Below, in pieces: positions 52,836 to 53,839 of a stretch of DNA of 53,839 bases. Under the pieces are notes generated by a model that searched no databases, was not told the DNA's origin, and saw only the letters and a list, made by a program, of their open reading frames with translations. The DNA is taken from contig JAQTVQ010000004.1 of the NCBI GenBank assembly GCA_028706715.1, positions 1 through 53,839 on the forward strand. Direction: 5' to 3'. The DNA comes from Minisyncoccota bacterium (GTDB taxonomy: Bacteria > Patescibacteriota > Minisyncoccia > Minisyncoccales > JAQTVQ01). Numbering within the stretch: the stretch's first letter is position 1; every line of letters begins with the position of its first letter. The position numbers were made by a program, and so were the translations under genes.

Positions 52836-53522
52836 ATGCCAAGAAAAATCTTTGTTAGCTATAAATATGGCGATTCAAAGGTTCTGCACATTCCTAGATA
52901 TGGAGAATACGATCCTACAACAGCAAGGCATTATGTTGACGTATTGCAAGCGCACTTGGCCGCTAACGATCATATAAACAAAGGCGAAGCCGATGGAGAG
53001 GATATGAGCGGATTTAAGGATGAAACAATTGCCTCTAATTTGAGGGATAAAATTTATGATAGCTCCACTACTTTGGTTTTAATCTCAAAAAACATGAAGG
53101 ACAACTCTGTGCCGGAGGAGGATCAATGGATACCTTGGGAAGTGGCATATTCACTACGAGAGAAAACAAGAGAAGATAGGTCGAGTAGAACTAATGCTAT
53201 GTTGGCGGTAGTTATTCCAGACGAAAATGGGAGTTACGAATATTTTGTTCAGCCGATAGGATGTGCTCATTGTGGCGGTATCAGATGGAAACAAGACACA
53301 TTATTTCAAGTTCTTGGAAAAAACATGTTTAATAAAAAACAACCGCAAACGACAGTATGCCCGACTGGTATATGCGGTGTACTCCACACCGGCAACGATC
53401 ACTCCTACATCCATCCCGTCAGGTGGGATCATTTCATAACAGACATCAACTTCTACCTCGATCATGCAACAAGATTGAACGAGAATATTAATAACTATAA
53501 TCTTGTAAAAGTTGTAAATTAG
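52836..53522 (+). CDS. TIR-like (DUF1863/ThsB-like) domain protein
   Basis: Begins RKIFVSYKYGDS. Central block TLVLISKNM...QWIPWEVAYSL. The C-terminal half contains CAHCGG...CPTGICG. Confidence 0.55.
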   Translation: MPRKIFVSYKYGDSKVLHIPRYGEYDPTTARHYVDVLQAHLAANDHINKGEADGEDMSGFKDETIASNLRDKIYDSSTTLVLISKNMKDNSVPEEDQWIPWEVAYSLREKTREDRSSRTNAMLAVVIPDENGSYEYFVQPIGCAHCGGIRWKQDTLFQVLGKNMFNKKQPQTTVCPTGICGVLHTGNDHSYIHPVRWDHFITDINFYLDHATRLNENINNYNLVKVVN

Positions 53523-53527
53523 TAATT

Positions 53528-53728
53528 ATGGCGACGAAACGACAAGTTTTTTATAGTTTCCATTATAAACCCGACTGTTGGCGTGCCGCCCAAGTAAGGA
53601 ATATCGGCGCCATTGAAGGAAATAAGGCAGCCCCAGATAATGATTGGGAGACAATTGCCAGTAAGGGTGAAGAGTCAATCAAAAAATGGATAGATGATCA
53701 GATGCAATATCGATCTTGTTTTGCTTAA
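53528..53728 (+). pseudogene. 3'-truncated second TIR-like (DUF1863-type) gene
   Basis: RQVFYSFHYKPDCWRAAQVRNIG...KKWIDDQMQ is a typical N-terminal third of the family. After about 53706 the frame runs into recombinase-derived DNA and stops (YRSCFA*). Confidence 0.6.
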
Positions 53729-53839
53729 TATCGTTCATCAATTCCTGTAAAGCCGGGCGGTCGGTATTTGCGCCGGTGTAGCCGCCGTCAGAATAAACCT
53801 TAAAAATGCCGAAATCGTTTTGGCTTTCAATGAAATATT
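53706..53839 (-). pseudogene. Fragment of a second large serine recombinase gene (N-terminal part; continues beyond the window; 3' part missing)
   Basis: The minus strand reads YFIESQNDFGIFKVYSDGGYTGANTDRPALQELMNDIKQNKIDI. The first recombinase reads HFVESQNDFSVFKVYSDAGYTGANTNRPALQELLNDIKEGRVDL. Similarity ends near 53706 and the frame stops at 53679-53681. Confidence 0.7.

Noticed and set aside
1-53839. Alternative genetic code (UGA reassigned, as in some CPR lineages)
   Set aside because: TGA terminates conserved proteins at their expected C-termini (for example alaS at 3527-3529). A functional RF2 gene with a UGA-dependent frameshift site is also present.
43129-53839. Prophage
   Set aside because: No capsid, terminase, portal, tail or lysis genes are recognisable. 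The content fits an integrative defence island rather than a phage.

Overview
The window is AT-rich and gene-dense. By inference it comes from a small-genome Patescibacteria/CPR-like (Parcubacteria-type) organism. The evidence is streamlined core genes, a type IV pilus locus with no secretin, a CDP-archaeol-synthase homologue and shortened housekeeping proteins. The standard code applies: TGA ends conserved genes, and RF2 is present with its UGA-dependent +1 frameshift. Layout: (i) 1-27 kb is core. It holds a recJ 3' end, a pilin-lectin fusion, alaS, the infA-rpmJ-rpsM-rpsK-rpsD-rpoA-rplQ-rplM-rpsI block, murA, two mreB paralogues, holB, frr, rseP, proS, gatCA, RNase P RNA, murJ and lepA. (ii) 27-28.7 kb holds tRNA-Gly and a thioredoxin/DsbD-like membrane protein. 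(iii) 28.7-39.2 kb (minus strand) is a type IV pilus locus led by a histidine kinase and a CheY-like regulator. (iv) 39.2-43.1 kb holds an FTR-like/thioredoxin pair, tRNA-Thr and prfB-ftsE-ftsX. (v) 43.1 kb to the window end is an accessory island at the 3' end of tRNA-Gln. The island starts with a large serine recombinase, an XRE regulator and a short UvrD-like helicase, bracketed by 147-bp inverted repeats. A GC-rich structured spacer and dcm-vsr follow. Then comes a tightly coupled seven-gene operon: small protein, GHKL-type ATPase, two unassignable proteins, a multi-TM protein and TIR-like proteins. It ends at a junction with a second, truncated serine recombinase. This operon is my best candidate for an undescribed (defence) system. 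All calls rest on motif recognition by eye; no similarity search or folding was run.
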